Shown here in pieces: positions 49,970-59,570 of a stretch of DNA of 64,000 bases. The translations under genes were made by a program, and so were the position numbers. This DNA is from Gammaproteobacteria bacterium (GTDB lineage: Bacteria; Pseudomonadota; Gammaproteobacteria; Ga0077536). Every line of letters starts with the position of its first letter. Within the stretch, counting starts at the first letter, position 1. Location of the stretch: the NCBI GenBank assembly GCA_038116745.1, contig JAYODW010000003.1:64274-128273 (forward strand), in the 5' to 3' direction. The notes under the pieces were generated by a model, which saw only the letters and a list, made by a program, of their open reading frames with translations, had not been told where the DNA came from and searched no databases.

Positions 49970-50881
49970 TCAGGTCGCGGTCTGATGCGAGCGAATCCAT
50001 TCGGCGGTGCTGATAGCGCCGCCAAAACCGAAGACGTGGATCCCGCTGACGTTGCCCAGACGACCCTGGGTACGCTGTGTGGCAATGGCTTCAACCAGCG
50101 GTCCCGGGTCGGTGTGCAGCGCCAGTCGTGCGATCCCTGTTCCCAGCTGGCTGAGCGCTCGGCGGCTGGCGCTCACCCCGCAGAGACGGGCATAGCGCAG
50201 AAGTTTGAGCGGATCCGTGGGTCCTGCAATGCCGACCTGCAGGCCCAGAGTGGGAAACGCCCGTGCGAGGCTTGCGCAGTAGGCGAGCACCCGCTGGGGT
50301 GAAAAACAGAACTGCGTGACGATGAAGGGTTTGATGCCCTGAGCCTCGAGATACTGCACCTTGAGTTCCAGAGTCTGCATCGCCTGGCCCGGGTTGAGAT
50401 GCGGGTGCCCTTCCGGAAAGCCGGCCAGTCCAGCCTGGACGATACCGTGATCACGCAGCAGGTCGTCGCGCAGAAAGCTTGAGCAATCTTTATATGGCCC
50501 GTCGCTGGCGATGATGTCACCGGCAATTAACAGGATCTGCTCTACTCGTGCCGCTTCATGAAGCCGCGACAAAAATTCGGTCGCATCAGCGCGCGAGGCG
50601 AGGCGACGCGCCGCGATGTGCGGGACAGGATTGAAACCGGCGGTGCGAACCCGCTCCGCTGCTTTCACGAGCTCCGCGCTGCTCGTACCTTCCGGCGAAG
50701 GGATAAAGATCGACGTGCCTGGCGCGAGATGGTCGCGAAGCTTCGGGAGCTCGAACAGTGCGCGGGGCAGCAGCTCCAGTGACCAGGGGCCGCTGCTGCC
50801 CGGCCGGCCACTCGGTTCTGCATGCTGCGACGCCGGAGATGGCGCTTCAGGTACGTTTTCGCGAAATGACATAAGACTCAT
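49970..50881 (-). CDS. metF: Methylenetetrahydrofolate reductase (MetF family)
   Basis: Pattern-level match to MetF (LSLELLPR for SFEFFPP, PHIAA for PHLTC, LIAGD for ALRGD, TQFCFS for TQFFFD). Start at ATG 50881 or 50872, just downstream of the upstream gene's stop. Confidence 0.65.
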   Translation of the reverse strand: MSLMSFRENVPEAPSPASQHAEPSGRPGSSGPWSLELLPRALFELPKLRDHLAPGTSIFIPSPEGTSSAELVKAAERVRTAGFNPVPHIAARRLASRADATEFLSRLHEAARVEQILLIAGDIIASDGPYKDCSSFLRDDLLRDHGIVQAGLAGFPEGHPHLNPGQAMQTLELKVQYLEAQGIKPFIVTQFCFSPQRVLAYCASLARAFPTLGLQVGIAGPTDPLKLLRYARLCGVSASRRALSQLGTGIARLALHTDPGPLVEAIATQRTQGRLGNVSGIHVFGFGGAISTAEWIRSHQTAT

Positions 50882-52250
50882 CCAGAAACCAGAGGCTGCC
50901 GCAGCGCTGGAGTATTTCGCTGGTAGCGTCCAGATAACTACGGTCGCCAACCACCTGAGCGAGACGTTCGTCCTCAATTTGAGCAACGTAGGTTGCTGCG
51001 TTCCATGCGGCGAACAGGGTTGAGGTTCCGATGCTCTCTGAGATCTCGGTTGGCAGGGTGTGCATGTCGTAGCGGAAGATCGCACGTGAGTCGGCATAAG
51101 CGTTGAAATTGAAATCCCGTGCGTCTCGTCCCAGCGCTCTTCTTACAGCGCGCAGCAGGTCGTGGCGGCTGGTGGTAAAGGGATCTTCACCCGGCCAGAT
51201 CTGCCGGACTATTTCCATGCCCGGATCGTTGCCGCAGGAATGGATTCCGAGCAGACGCCCCCCGGGGCCGAGCGCGCGTGTGAGCGGTGAGATGACCCGC
51301 TCTGCCTTGAAATCGAGCGATACCCGCGCGCGGTAAGGCTGCGAGGCGATGATCAGGTCAAAACCGGCGGTCGCGCCGGCCTGCCTAGGGATGACGTCGT
51401 GCAGCAGAAACTGGTAATCGCGGCGGTAAATCACGAGCACGACCGGGCTTTCGTAGACCGGATTACCGGATACCGGACTGGGCCGGGCCTGCCAGGCTTT
51501 GGCGAGAAACGGCTCGAGTTCCTCGATCTGCTCTGCGAACTGGTGCGCGGTATCCCCTTCCAGAGCAAGTTCCTTCCACACCATAGCGGTGGCTGCACTC
51601 AGCGAGCGCGGCGTCAGCCATGGTGCTTCCGTGTAGTACATGTTGGTCACAACCAGAACCGTGGCCGGGTGTTCCGATAGGCGATCGGCCATTTTCTGCA
51701 AGGACAGGCGGACGTCTTCGAGGCTGATCTCCTTGCCCACGATATAGAACGGCAGGGTCGGCAGGCGCCTGTGCATTTCCCGCATCACGCTATCGAGCAC
51801 GCTGCCATCGCCCATGCCGGCATCGAAAAGACGCAGCGCGGGCGGTCGGGGATGAAGATGGGAGATCTCCAGGCCGACGCGCCTGGCGACGACGGCTTTC
51901 TCGCTGCAGGTGTTGACGAACAGGAGGTACTTCTGTCGGTTATCGAAGAAGCGGAAATTCTGCGAGCGGGAGCGCTGATCGGGCAGAGGTTGCGGCGGTT
52001 CGGAAGCGGCGCCGACGTCAATGAGCTCTGAAAGTTCGTGCGCAGCCGGGGCGGCCGGTGCGGCGCCGTGGCGGGCGAGATACTGGTTCAGTCGCGCCAG
52101 AGTAGCCGGCGTGATTCGCGCGCCATCACGGAGTCGGCCGACGAATTTACCGTCGTTGACCGCCTGGCGACCGAAGGTTGTCTCTGCGACCCCTCGTTGC
52201 CGGCAGAAATCGGCGATTGTCTGCAGCAGGTTGGCGGCTCGTTCCCCCAC
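50847..52250 (-). CDS. Class I SAM-methyltransferase-like protein with a ~110-aa N-terminal extension and a long C-terminal extension
   Basis: Motif-I-like LRLFDAGMGDGSVL and a second glycine-rich segment. GTG start with a GAGGAGG RBS. The function is unclear. Confidence 0.4.
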   Translation of the reverse strand: MGERAANLLQTIADFCRQRGVAETTFGRQAVNDGKFVGRLRDGARITPATLARLNQYLARHGAAPAAPAAHELSELIDVGAASEPPQPLPDQRSRSQNFRFFDNRQKYLLFVNTCSEKAVVARRVGLEISHLHPRPPALRLFDAGMGDGSVLDSVMREMHRRLPTLPFYIVGKEISLEDVRLSLQKMADRLSEHPATVLVVTNMYYTEAPWLTPRSLSAATAMVWKELALEGDTAHQFAEQIEELEPFLAKAWQARPSPVSGNPVYESPVVLVIYRRDYQFLLHDVIPRQAGATAGFDLIIASQPYRARVSLDFKAERVISPLTRALGPGGRLLGIHSCGNDPGMEIVRQIWPGEDPFTTSRHDLLRAVRRALGRDARDFNFNAYADSRAIFRYDMHTLPTEISESIGTSTLFAAWNAATYVAQIEDERLAQVVGDRSYLDATSEILQRCGSLWFLDESYVISRKRT

Positions 52251-52416
52251 GGTGCCTCCTCGCCCTGGTGTCCATAAATCGATCCTGCAGCGACGAGAAG
52301 TGGGATAACAACCACAAAATTTTCAAGACCATAAGTGGGATTCATCCCACTGGACGACTCGCTGTGCCCGAGTACTCCGCAGACAGCCGGGGGCCGCCAA
52401 CAGCCTCGGCGAAGGG

Positions 52417-54081
52417 CTATCCCCGATGCACTGAGAAGTGCGCGTAGCCGTCAGCTTCGCCCGCCGTGCACTGCTGCCGGTAGTTTTCCAGGCCGCCAAG
52501 ATAGGACAGCAGCGCGCGGGGTTTGCCAGGAATATTGGCGCCCACGTACCAGCTGTTGGCTTTGAACAGCAGACTGCCTTCACCCACCTCGTGCATGTGC
52601 TGCATCCAACCCTCTTCGGCCTCGACAGTAGCTTCAATGACCGTCTCTTCCGCGAAACCCAGGTGCTCGAGACAGCGGTCTATCCATTCCACCTGGTATT
52701 CCGACAACAGCATCGGGCTGACCAGAGCGCCATTGGCGCAGGGCCCGTCGAGAAAAAACAGGTTGGGGAAGCCGACGCTGGCCAGGCCGAGGTAGGCGCG
52801 TGGGGCGCCGGTCCAGTGGTCGTTCAAATCGTGGCCGTTCTTACCCAGCACCTCTATCTGGCTGATCGCGCCGGTGACCGCATCGAATCCTGTCGCGAAC
52901 ACGATGCTGTCGACAGCGTACTCTTCGCCCCGCACGACGAGTCCCGCAGCCGTTAGTTTTTCGATCGGCGAATCTTTGATGGAGATCAGAGTGACGTTAT
53001 CCCTGTTGTAGGTCTCGTAATAGTTAGTGTCTGCGCACAGGCGTTTTGCCATGATGGGATAGCCGCGCGGCAGCAGCATCTCTGCGACCTCGGGATCGTT
53101 AACCCGCGCGCGCGTTTTTTCGCGCACGAAGTCGGCGAGCGTGTCGTTTGCTGCCTGATTGGTCAGCAGATCGATGAACGACGCGTAAAAACACAGGCCG
53201 CCCGACTGCCAGCGGTTTTCATAATCCGCCAGGCGATCCGCACTGCTGACGGCGAGGGCGCTGTTGTCGTTGGAGAGTGTTGGCTGATTGTTGACCGCGA
53301 TGAACCCTACGCGGGATTCGTAGCGTTGCAGCCGCCGCCATTCCGGGTACATGGCTTTGACGCGGGCTTCGAATTCAGGGTCCAGCGGACCGTTGCGCAG
53401 CGGGATAGAAAACGGTGGTGTGCGCTGGAAGACGAACAGGTGGTCCACCTGTTGCGCAATGATCGGAATGGCCTGGACCGCCGACGAGCCTGTGCCGATG
53501 ACGGCAACTCGCTGTCCGCTGAAATCAACGCCCCCCTCCGGCCAGCGCGAAGTCAGGTATTTGTTCCCGGCATAGTCATCGAGGCCTGCAAAATCAGGGA
53601 TGTTGCCTGAGGAAAGAAAGCCCGTGGCGAGGATGCAGTATTTCGCCCTGACGGTTTCTCCGGACGTGGTTTCGACCTGCCAGTCCCGTGAGGCTTCCTG
53701 ATACCGAGCCGCTGTAACCCGGGTGTTGAGCTGTATGTTCGGCCACAGATTGAAGCGTTCAGCGCAGTGGTTGATGTAACGCTGCAGCTCCGGTTGGCCC
53801 GCGTAGCGCTCGCTCCATGACCATTCCTGCTGCAGGGCTTCGTCGAAAGAGTAGGAATATTCCATGCTCTCGACATCCACCCGCGCGCCGGGATAGCGGT
53901 TCCAGAACCAGGTGCCGCCGATCCCGCTGCCCGCTTCGAACAGGCGGACGCGCAGTCCGCGTTGCTGCATTCGATGCAGCATGTAAAGGCCCGCAAAACC
54001 CGCGCCTACGATGAGCACGTCCAGTTGCTGCTGGTCACAGGAGGTGCTGACAGTCTGTGAACTTGTGCGTGCCTGACTCAT
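52417..54081 (-). CDS. Baeyer-Villiger-type flavin monooxygenase, paralog 4
   Basis: VLIVGAGFAG, GGTWFWNRYPGARVD, fingerprint YAGNKYLTSRWP (Leu in place of His), VIGTGSSAVQ. AAGGAGA RBS. Confidence 0.8.
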   Translation of the reverse strand: MSQARTSSQTVSTSCDQQQLDVLIVGAGFAGLYMLHRMQQRGLRVRLFEAGSGIGGTWFWNRYPGARVDVESMEYSYSFDEALQQEWSWSERYAGQPELQRYINHCAERFNLWPNIQLNTRVTAARYQEASRDWQVETTSGETVRAKYCILATGFLSSGNIPDFAGLDDYAGNKYLTSRWPEGGVDFSGQRVAVIGTGSSAVQAIPIIAQQVDHLFVFQRTPPFSIPLRNGPLDPEFEARVKAMYPEWRRLQRYESRVGFIAVNNQPTLSNDNSALAVSSADRLADYENRWQSGGLCFYASFIDLLTNQAANDTLADFVREKTRARVNDPEVAEMLLPRGYPIMAKRLCADTNYYETYNRDNVTLISIKDSPIEKLTAAGLVVRGEEYAVDSIVFATGFDAVTGAISQIEVLGKNGHDLNDHWTGAPRAYLGLASVGFPNLFFLDGPCANGALVSPMLLSEYQVEWIDRCLEHLGFAEETVIEATVEAEEGWMQHMHEVGEGSLLFKANSWYVGANIPGKPRALLSYLGGLENYRQQCTAGEADGYAHFSVHRG

Positions 54082-54384
54082 GCAAAGGTCTCCTTGTTCG
54101 GGTAGAAGGCGTCTACCGCAACGTAGGGCGAGAGTCTGCTCTGCAGTGCGGAAAGGCGGGGGAGTATATCCTTCCCGTCCGCGAGGCCGGCTCGCGAAAT
54201 CCGGCGCGCTCGTGGCCCCTCTGTACGCGAATCGCGCTGTCGCCGGGATTCAAAATGACACCATCTGAAAACGAGCCCGGCTCTATCCGGTATGCTCCGG
54301 TCGACGAACTCTCCTCGGAGTTTTCTTTGCGCACGTGATGGCTCCGGGGTTGGCGACCGGGTTGCGGTTATCCAGGAGCGAGAT

Positions 54385-55059
54385 GTGGGCATTGAATCGA
54401 TAGCAGCACTTTCCATGGCCGGCGGGGCGGCGTGGGCCAGCGGTCTTAACCTCTACGCCACGCTCCTCGCGCTTGGCATCATGGGGAGTACCGGAACGGC
54501 GACCTTGCCGCCGGATCTGGCGGTGCTGGAGCATCCGCTGGTCATGACTGCGGCCGGCTTCATGTACTGCGTTGAGTTTTTCGCCGACAAGATCCCGGGT
54601 TTCGATTCGCTGTGGGACGCGCTGCACACGTTTGTTCGGATCCCGGCCGGCGCGGTGCTGGCAGCAGGCGCTGTTGGCGAGGTAGATCCTGCCGTGCAAT
54701 TCGCAGCGCTCATCGTCGGCGGCGCGCTGGCTGCGTCTACCCACGCTGCAAAGAGCAGCACCCGGGCGGTGATCAATACCTCGCCGGAGCCGTTTACCAA
54801 TTGGACAGCGTCAGTGACAGAGGACGTTGTCGCAATTACCGGCCTGTGGGCCGCGTTGACCCATCCATATCTTTTTCTGAGTTTGCTAGTGGTGTTCCTG
54901 CTGGTGCTGGCCTGGCTGCTGCCGAAAATTTTCAGGCTGTTGCGATCTGTTTTCAGTCGGCTGGTGGGTTTGTTCAAAAGAGGCCCTGCGACGGCAAGCC
55001 AACCGTCATCTGAGATGCCTCAGGCGTCAGTTGATAGCGATGCCGGAGGCGGGCGCTGA
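54385..55059 (+). CDS. DUF4126-family inner-membrane protein
   Basis: Several TM helices with a DUF4126-like N-terminal region (AWASGLNLYATLLALG). GTG start preceded by AGGAG. Confidence 0.5.
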   Translation: MGIESIAALSMAGGAAWASGLNLYATLLALGIMGSTGTATLPPDLAVLEHPLVMTAAGFMYCVEFFADKIPGFDSLWDALHTFVRIPAGAVLAAGAVGEVDPAVQFAALIVGGALAASTHAAKSSTRAVINTSPEPFTNWTASVTEDVVAITGLWAALTHPYLFLSLLVVFLLVLAWLLPKIFRLLRSVFSRLVGLFKRGPATASQPSSEMPQASVDSDAGGGR

Positions 55060-55175
55060 CGCCTGCTCTAGACCACTGATCCGGATTTTCGGGACTGGAG
55101 GAAAAATCATCCGGGCCGGTTGGCGCCTTGCGGTAATCCCCCTGGCGTGATGCGGAACCTTTGCGCAGCCGACGC

Positions 55176-55619
55176 TCAACCCGGCGCGCGCAAGCGGAAG
55201 AGATAGGCCTCTGCCACATTTTCATTCCGAGGTCTGCGGTCGTATTTCACCTCATACGCATCTGCGAACTGCGCGAACTCGTCGGTGCCGGTCACACGTT
55301 CCGCGAGGAGGTCGTAAATCTGGTCGCCAACACGAAGGCGTACGCGAGGATCCGCCTCCATATGCTGGACCCAACTGGCGTGGTTTGCGCCGGCGTGAAC
55401 ATAGATGAGCTGTCCGAGTCCGATAGCCCAGATATTCACGGAGTACGGGTCGGCCGGCCGTGTTTCGAGCTGAATGGTGTCGATTTCGCGAAGCAACGAC
55501 CAGTCTGCGGGTATTTCAGCAGTTGACCCTGAGAGTTTTCCTCCGGGCAACATGAATACGGGGTCGCAACCGGTGAGCAGAATCAACCATAGTGGCAGGA
55601 GGAGTTTGTTCATGCGCAT
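55176..55619 (-). CDS. Lipoprotein, PNPOx-like/DUF385-like split-barrel fold (hypothetical)
   Basis: Lipobox LLTGC after a signal peptide. GAGGAA RBS before the ATG at 55619. Confidence 0.45.
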   Translation of the reverse strand: MRMNKLLLPLWLILLTGCDPVFMLPGGKLSGSTAEIPADWSLLREIDTIQLETRPADPYSVNIWAIGLGQLIYVHAGANHASWVQHMEADPRVRLRVGDQIYDLLAERVTGTDEFAQFADAYEVKYDRRPRNENVAEAYLFRLRAPG

Positions 55620-55883
55620 CTGAGTTCCTCGGTTTTTTCGCAGGGGGTGTGCGGCAGTCAACGCGATCCGGTGTGTCCTGATCAGACGCGCTCAGCGGTG
55701 CTGCGACGCATCGGACTTTCAGTTGATGCACGTTAACCCAACAAGAAGACCCAAACAGCTAGCGCTTCGCTTTAACATGCGGCGCCCTGCTGTTGCGCGG
55801 ATGATGAGTCAGCGTACGGCCGGCCCTGACCGCGATGCGTCCGGAGCGCGGCACAAAATCTTTCCTCAGGAGAACCTCTCGTT

Positions 55884-56510
55884 ATGTCTACTATGCTCTA
55901 CATTGAAGCGTCACCCCGTGGTGAGCGTTCTCATTCAGTCAAAGTGGCTGAGCAATTTCTCAGCGCTTACGCGGCCGCGAATGCAGGCGACACGATAGAC
56001 CGCTTGAATCTGTGGGCAGAAGACCTGCCCCAGTTCGACGGGGATATGCTGAATGCGAAGTACCGCATCATGCACGGCACGGATCCGTCTGCGGCAGAGA
56101 AGTCGGCGTGGGGAACTGTGGAGACACTGTTCGCCCGCTTCAATCAGGCGGACAAGTATCTTTTCTCGGTTCCGATGTGGAATTTCGGTCTGCCTTACCG
56201 ACTGAAGCAATACATCGATGTGATCACCCAGCCGGGGCTCGCATGGAGCTTTTCTCCAGACAGTGGCTACAGCGGCCTGGTCACCGGCAAAGCCGCGGTG
56301 GTCTATGCCAGTGCAGGTGTGTATCACGCAGGCAGCGGTGCAGAAGCGTTCGATCTGCAGAAGCCCGCCTTCGAAGGCTGGCTCGGGTTTATCGGGATCA
56401 CCGACGTCAGTCGTCTGATTGTTGCCCCGACGCTGGGAGCGCCGGACGACGTCGCGGCGGCGGAAGCAACGGCTGCCGAACAGGCGCGGACTCTCGCGGC
56501 GACGTTCTGA
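55884..56510 (+). CDS. azoR: FMN-dependent NADH-azoreductase (AzoR family)
   Basis: Flavodoxin-like N-terminus (MSTMLYIEASPRGERSHS). 208 aa. Confidence 0.75.
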   Translation: MSTMLYIEASPRGERSHSVKVAEQFLSAYAAANAGDTIDRLNLWAEDLPQFDGDMLNAKYRIMHGTDPSAAEKSAWGTVETLFARFNQADKYLFSVPMWNFGLPYRLKQYIDVITQPGLAWSFSPDSGYSGLVTGKAAVVYASAGVYHAGSGAEAFDLQKPAFEGWLGFIGITDVSRLIVAPTLGAPDDVAAAEATAAEQARTLAATF

Positions 56511-56568
56511 CTCTAATGAATGCTCGTTTCCTAGGGCGCAAGCAGGCGACAGCAGACTGAAGTCTGAG

Positions 56569-57270
56569 ATGGGACTTTCATCTCAGGAACTGATCGGACG
56601 CGCGCATGAGCTGACGCCGATGCTGGCAAGGAGCGCGCTTGAGACCGAACGGAATCGAGCGCTTCCGGATGCGATCGTCGAAGCGCTGGTTGATGCGGAA
56701 CTGCTCGCTACCCTCGTGCCAAAAGTCTACGGCGGGCACGAGCTGCCGGTGTCGACCATGGCTGAAATTGTGCGCGTGCTCAGTTCGGCGTGTCCCTCGA
56801 CCGGATGGGTCTCTGCGTTTTACCAGGGGGCCGGCTGGAGGCTGCTTGCTTTTCCTGAGCGGGCGCAGCGCGAGGTGTTCAGTAAGCCTTACGTCCTTTC
56901 CGCCGGACAGGCGGCGCCTTTAATAGAGGCCGTGCGGGTCTCCGGGGGCTATCGGATCTCGGGTCAGACCCCATGGGGTTCGGGTTCCTCCCACGCGGAG
57001 TGGATCTTGTTCATGGGCGCAGTCGAGCAGGCGAACGGAGCGGTGCATCCCCGGATGTTCCTGGTACCACGTACGGAGACGACACTGGTCGACACCTGGT
57101 TTGCGGCCGGTATGCGCGGCACCGCCGGCAATGACCTACGGGTCGACGAGGTGTTCGTGCCGGAGCATCGGTCGACGTCTTTTGTTGCTGCGCTGAACGG
57201 CGAAGCCGAGGGTATGGCGTTGCATCCGAACCCGATGTACCACCGCCCATTTGTGCCGTTTCTATTCTGA
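56569..57270 (+). CDS. N-terminal ~233 codons of an ACAD-fold (HpaH/DszC-like) flavin monooxygenase or acyl-CoA-dehydrogenase-type gene, terminated by an in-frame TGA
   Basis: ACAD N-terminal and middle domains. The frame is identical to the downstream fragment. The TGA at 57268-57270 is the only interruption. Confidence 0.5.
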   Translation: MGLSSQELIGRAHELTPMLARSALETERNRALPDAIVEALVDAELLATLVPKVYGGHELPVSTMAEIVRVLSSACPSTGWVSAFYQGAGWRLLAFPERAQREVFSKPYVLSAGQAAPLIEAVRVSGGYRISGQTPWGSGSSHAEWILFMGAVEQANGAVHPRMFLVPRTETTLVDTWFAAGMRGTAGNDLRVDEVFVPEHRSTSFVAALNGEAEGMALHPNPMYHRPFVPFLF

Positions 57271-57273
57271 GAA

Positions 57274-57729
57274 GTGGTGCCGGTTCTGGTAGGCGCACTG
57301 CGCGGGGCAGCGGAATCCTTCGTACAGCGCGTTCAAGGCCGGCAAGGGACCATCAGTGGACAGCGCGCAAGGGACAAGCCCGCCTCGCAGATGCGTCTCG
57401 CGCGCGGTCTGGCAGCGGCCGATGCAGCCGAAGTGCTCTTGCAGGCCTACCTGGCGCGGTTTGAGTCCGACGAGCCTGACCAGAGCACTGTCGCCAGTCG
57501 GGTGGCAATGAAGCTGCAGGCCTCGTTTCTGAGCGATTTCTGCCGCAACGCGGTCAATGAACTGGCGCGTGGTTTTGGCGCGGACGGCTTTCGGGACGCT
57601 AGCCCGCTGCAGAGGTATTTCCGCGATCTGAACATGCTTGCTGTGCATGCTTTTCTGGATATCGAGACGGCCGCGGAAACCGCTGGACGGCTGGCTCTGG
57701 GACTTCAGCCTGAGGACCCGATTATCTGA
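57274..57729 (+). CDS. C-terminal helical domain of the same ACAD-fold protein (continues in frame after the TGA)
   Basis: ACAD C-terminal four-helix region. No RBS or start of its own other than the GTG at 57274. Confidence 0.5.
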   Translation: MVPVLVGALRGAAESFVQRVQGRQGTISGQRARDKPASQMRLARGLAAADAAEVLLQAYLARFESDEPDQSTVASRVAMKLQASFLSDFCRNAVNELARGFGADGFRDASPLQRYFRDLNMLAVHAFLDIETAAETAGRLALGLQPEDPII

Positions 57730-57768
57730 ACAATCGATGGGGGATGCCTTGCGGCATGGCGGTTAAGC

Positions 57769-57844
57769 TGGCGCCCTGAGCAGGATTCGAACCTGCGACC
57801 TACCGCTTAGGAGGCGGTCGCTCTATCCCCTGAGCTACCAGGGC
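57769..57844 (-). tRNA. tRNA-Arg (anticodon CCT)
   Basis: Folded by eye as a cloverleaf: acceptor GCCCTGG/TCAGGGC, D arm GCTC-AGGGGATA-GAGC, anticodon arm ACCGC-CTCCTAA-GCGGT, T arm GCAGG-TTCGAAT-CCTGC, discriminator G and an encoded CCA. 76 nt. Confidence 0.85.
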
Positions 57845-57911
57845 GGAGGGAACACTGGCGCAGTCTAGCAAACCCTGATCTGCGGGCGAGGGCAGGATAA
57901 TGACCCGACAG

Positions 57912-59570
57912 TTAGCTGTTCTGCGTCCTGGCCCAGGTATCGCGCAAGGTTGCGGTCCGATTGAACACTCTGCGCTCTGGGCCATCGTCCTTTGAGTCGC
58001 AGCAGAAATACCCCAGACGCTCGAACTGAAACACTTTCTGCCGACTGGTCGCAAGCGCCTGTTCGCCCTGCGCGCCGCTTACCACCTGTAACGACGCGGG
58101 GTTCAGATGCGCCAGGAATTCCTCCGCGCCTCCTGGGTCTGGAACGTCGAAGAGGCGATCGAACAGTCTTACTTCCAGCGGCACTGCCTGGTTGCACGCC
58201 ACCCAATGGATGATTCCTTTCACTTTCCGACCGTCGGCAGTCTGGCCATTGGCTGAGTCGGGATCGTAGCTGCAGCGCAGTTCGATAATTTCACCTGCGT
58301 CATCACGCCGGACTTCGTCGCAGCGAATGACGTAGCCGTAGCGCAGACGAACCTCGCGCCCGGGGGAGAGACGGTGAAACTTTTTCGAGGGCTCTTCCAT
58401 GAAGTCGTCGCGCTCAATGAACACTTCCCGGGTTAAGGGAACCTGTCTGGTGCCGAATGCGGGATCCTTGGGGTGGTTGGGGGCAGAAAGCCACTCTATG
58501 TGGCCCGCTGGAAAGTTCTCAATCACGACACGGATGGGGTCAAGTACCGCCATCGCCCGGGGCGCGCTCTGGTCGAGCGCTTCGCGGACACAGTTTTCCA
58601 GTACCGCAAAGTCGATCACGGTCTCTTTTTTGGTGATGCCCACGCGGTCACAGAAATCCCGCAGGGCCGCGGGCGGGTAGCCTCTGCGTCGCATGCCTTT
58701 AATGGTCGGCAGGCGCGGGTCGTCCCACCCGTTGACATGTCCGTCGCGCACCAGCGTGAGCAGCTTGCGTTTGCTGGTCAGGGTGTAGCTCAGCTCGAGG
58801 CGGGCGAATTCAATCTGCTGCGGGTGGCAGGGAACATCGAGCTGCTCGAGAATCCAGTCGTACAGGGGGCGATGGTCCTCGAACTCCAGTGTGCACAGTG
58901 AGTGAGTGATCCCCTCCAGCGCATCAGAAATGCAGTGCGCGTAGTCGTACATCGGATAGACATGCCAATCGCTGCCCGTGCGATGGTGCGGCTCCCGGCG
59001 GATCCTGTACAGCGTGGGGTCGCGCATGTTGATGTTCGGTGCTGCCATATCTATCCGGGCACGCAGCACATAGCGCCCGTCCTCGAATTCGCCGGCGCGC
59101 ATGCGTTCAAACAGCGCCAGGCTTTCCTCGGGCGGGCGATTTCTGTCCGGACTGTTCTGGCCGGGTTCGGTCAGCGAGCCGCGAGCAGCGCGGATTTCCT
59201 CATTCGATGAACTGTCGACATAAGCTTTCCCCGCGCGGATCAGGTCGCAGGCATAGTCAAAAAATTGCGGGAAGTAGTCGGACGCGTGATAGAGATGACC
59301 GGACCAGTCGAAGCCCAGCCAACGGACGTCTTCGGCGATGGCATCCGCGTATTCCACTTTTTCGGTTGACGGGTTGGTGTCATCGAAGCGGAGGTTGCAA
59401 CGGCCGGCGTAATCGACAGCGAGACCGAAATTCAGGCAGATCGACTTCGCGTGGCCGATGTGCAGATAGCCATTCGGCTCTGGCGGGAAGCGTGTCAGCA
59501 CCCTGCCGTTGTTCTTTTGGGCAGCGATATCGTCGTCGATGATGTGCCTGATGAAATTTGAAGTGCTCAT
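57912..59570 (-). CDS. glnS: Glutamine--tRNA ligase
   Basis: HIGH motif (PEPNGYLHIGHAKS), a KMSKS-like LTSKR, and full-length similarity to GlnS. Confidence 0.9.
   Translation of the reverse strand: MSTSNFIRHIIDDDIAAQKNNGRVLTRFPPEPNGYLHIGHAKSICLNFGLAVDYAGRCNLRFDDTNPSTEKVEYADAIAEDVRWLGFDWSGHLYHASDYFPQFFDYACDLIRAGKAYVDSSSNEEIRAARGSLTEPGQNSPDRNRPPEESLALFERMRAGEFEDGRYVLRARIDMAAPNINMRDPTLYRIRREPHHRTGSDWHVYPMYDYAHCISDALEGITHSLCTLEFEDHRPLYDWILEQLDVPCHPQQIEFARLELSYTLTSKRKLLTLVRDGHVNGWDDPRLPTIKGMRRRGYPPAALRDFCDRVGITKKETVIDFAVLENCVREALDQSAPRAMAVLDPIRVVIENFPAGHIEWLSAPNHPKDPAFGTRQVPLTREVFIERDDFMEEPSKKFHRLSPGREVRLRYGYVIRCDEVRRDDAGEIIELRCSYDPDSANGQTADGRKVKGIIHWVACNQAVPLEVRLFDRLFDVPDPGGAEEFLAHLNPASLQVVSGAQGEQALATSRQKVFQFERLGYFCCDSKDDGPERRVFNRTATLRDTWARTQNS

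Noticed and set aside
57268-57330. Selenocysteine incorporation at the in-frame TGA of the ACAD-fold gene.
   Set aside because: No convincing SECIS-type hairpin lies directly downstream. The only small palindrome is gcgcaCtgcgc at 57296-57306. No sel genes are visible and ACAD-family selenoproteins are not established. A pseudogene or sequencing error is more parsimonious.
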